Shown: in pieces, positions 52,863 to 53,374 of the stretch | How positions within the stretch are numbered: the stretch's first letter is position 1 | Layout of the letters: each line of letters begins with the position of its first letter | Virus record (IMG/VR): IMGVR_UViG_3300044807_000061 | Location: 1-53,374 of that record | DNA from: a virus | Taxonomy: Duplodnaviria > Caudoviricetes | Reading direction: 5' to 3' (one strand) | Length of the DNA: 53,374 bases | Translations under genes and position numbers: made by a program | Notes under the pieces: generated by a model | The model's database searches: none | The model's input: the letters and a program-made list of their open reading frames with translations, nothing else | Told to the model about the DNA's origin: nothing

Positions 52863-52958
52863 TACGGTCCCCAGCGTCTCCCAAAACGGAGACGGCCCCG
52901 CCAGGTGGTTGCACACCTGACGGGACCTAAGGACACCACCCACATGGAGGTGGCGGCC
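52863..52958 (+). promoter_or_regulatory. -10 TACGGT and three-hairpin leader of the tyrosine recombinase; includes left inverted repeat 52866-52879
   Basis: cgtctcc/ggagacg; cccgccaggtg-gttgca-cacctgacggg; ccacc/ggtgg overlapping the GGAGG RBS. Confidence 0.55.
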
Positions 52959-53374
52959 ATGCCGTCATACGCTACTGCCCTGCTCCCCGCCGGTCTCGTC
53001 GCCGGGGACATCCCCAACCTGCGACCCGAAGACCAAGCCATCGCCGGCTTCTTCAGCCGCATCCGAAACGAGAAGACCGCCCGGCTCTACAAGCACGACC
53101 TCAAGGTCTACCTCAGCTGGTGCGCCGAGCAGAACGTCGACATCCTCAACGTCCACCCCGTGCAGGTCGAGCTGTACCTCCGCTGGCTCCAGCAGTCCGA
53201 CCTCGCCGAGTCGACCATCAGCCGCAGGTTCGGCGTCGTCGCCACCTTCTACCGCCGCGCCGTCCGGGACCGGCTCATCACCTGGGACCCGACAGCCGAC
53301 ATCGAACGCCCCGAGGTCGACTACGAGAAGCAGCACCGGACCTGGCTCAGCCCACTCGAGCTCGCCCGGTTCCT
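52959..53374 (+). CDS. Tyrosine recombinase, 5' part (continues at window start)
   Basis: RBS ggagg; T...Y..DL..Y..WC...STI.RR...V..FY core-binding-domain pattern; absent from the ORF track because it has no stop in the window. Confidence 0.92.
   Translation, partial: MPSYATALLPAGLVAGDIPNLRPEDQAIAGFFSRIRNEKTARLYKHDLKVYLSWCAEQNVDILNVHPVQVELYLRWLQQSDLAESTISRRFGVVATFYRRAVRDRLITWDPTADIERPEVDYEKQHRTWLSPLELARF
53177..53374 (+). repeat. Terminal direct repeat, right copy
   Basis: Matches 1-198 with 4 mismatches. Confidence 0.97.

Larger units (their letters stand above)
1..53374. mobile_element. Probably complete temperate siphovirus-type phage genome (circularly permuted), likely actinobacterial host
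   Basis: Head, tail, lysis, lysogeny and replication modules all present; 198-bp terminal overlap; very high GC; actinobacterial marker families (DUF3263, DUF6907-like); no host housekeeping flanks. Confidence 0.93.

Noticed and set aside
1-53374. CRISPR array, diversity-generating retroelement, tRNA or rRNA genes
   Set aside because: No regular repeat-spacer array, no reverse transcriptase motif and no cloverleaf noticed by eye; a tRNAscan run would be needed to exclude tRNAs fully

Overview
This window looks like a complete, circularly permuted genome (about 53,176 bp after removing a 198-bp terminal overlap) of a temperate, high-GC, siphovirus-type phage, probably infecting an actinobacterium. 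Gene order: neck and tail module (0.77-15.0 kb, with a -1 frameshifting tail chaperone and a 1213-aa tape measure); lysis cassette (15.1-17.4 kb); leftward lysogeny operon (large serine integrase, DUF3263/NapA-like gene, two HTH repressors, ImmA-like protease; 18.2-21.7 kb); rightward early, recombination and replication genes (21.9-43.4 kb); terminase, portal, scaffold, decoration, capsid and fibre-like genes (43.7-52.8 kb); and a second, tyrosine-type recombinase split across the window ends, between the head and neck genes. All protein calls come from motif recognition by eye; no database search was run. The most unusual signals are non-coding. (i) A covarying bulged-A RNA hairpin with an anti-start-codon sequence is shared by the leaders of the major tail gene and the decoration/capsid genes. 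(ii) A GTCC-N11-GGAC palindrome family overlaps late-gene -10 elements. (iii) The tyrosine recombinase gene is bounded by inverted repeats, has a structured leader and appears in two alleles. (iv) A C6 tract splits a membrane-anchored 3D-domain gene.
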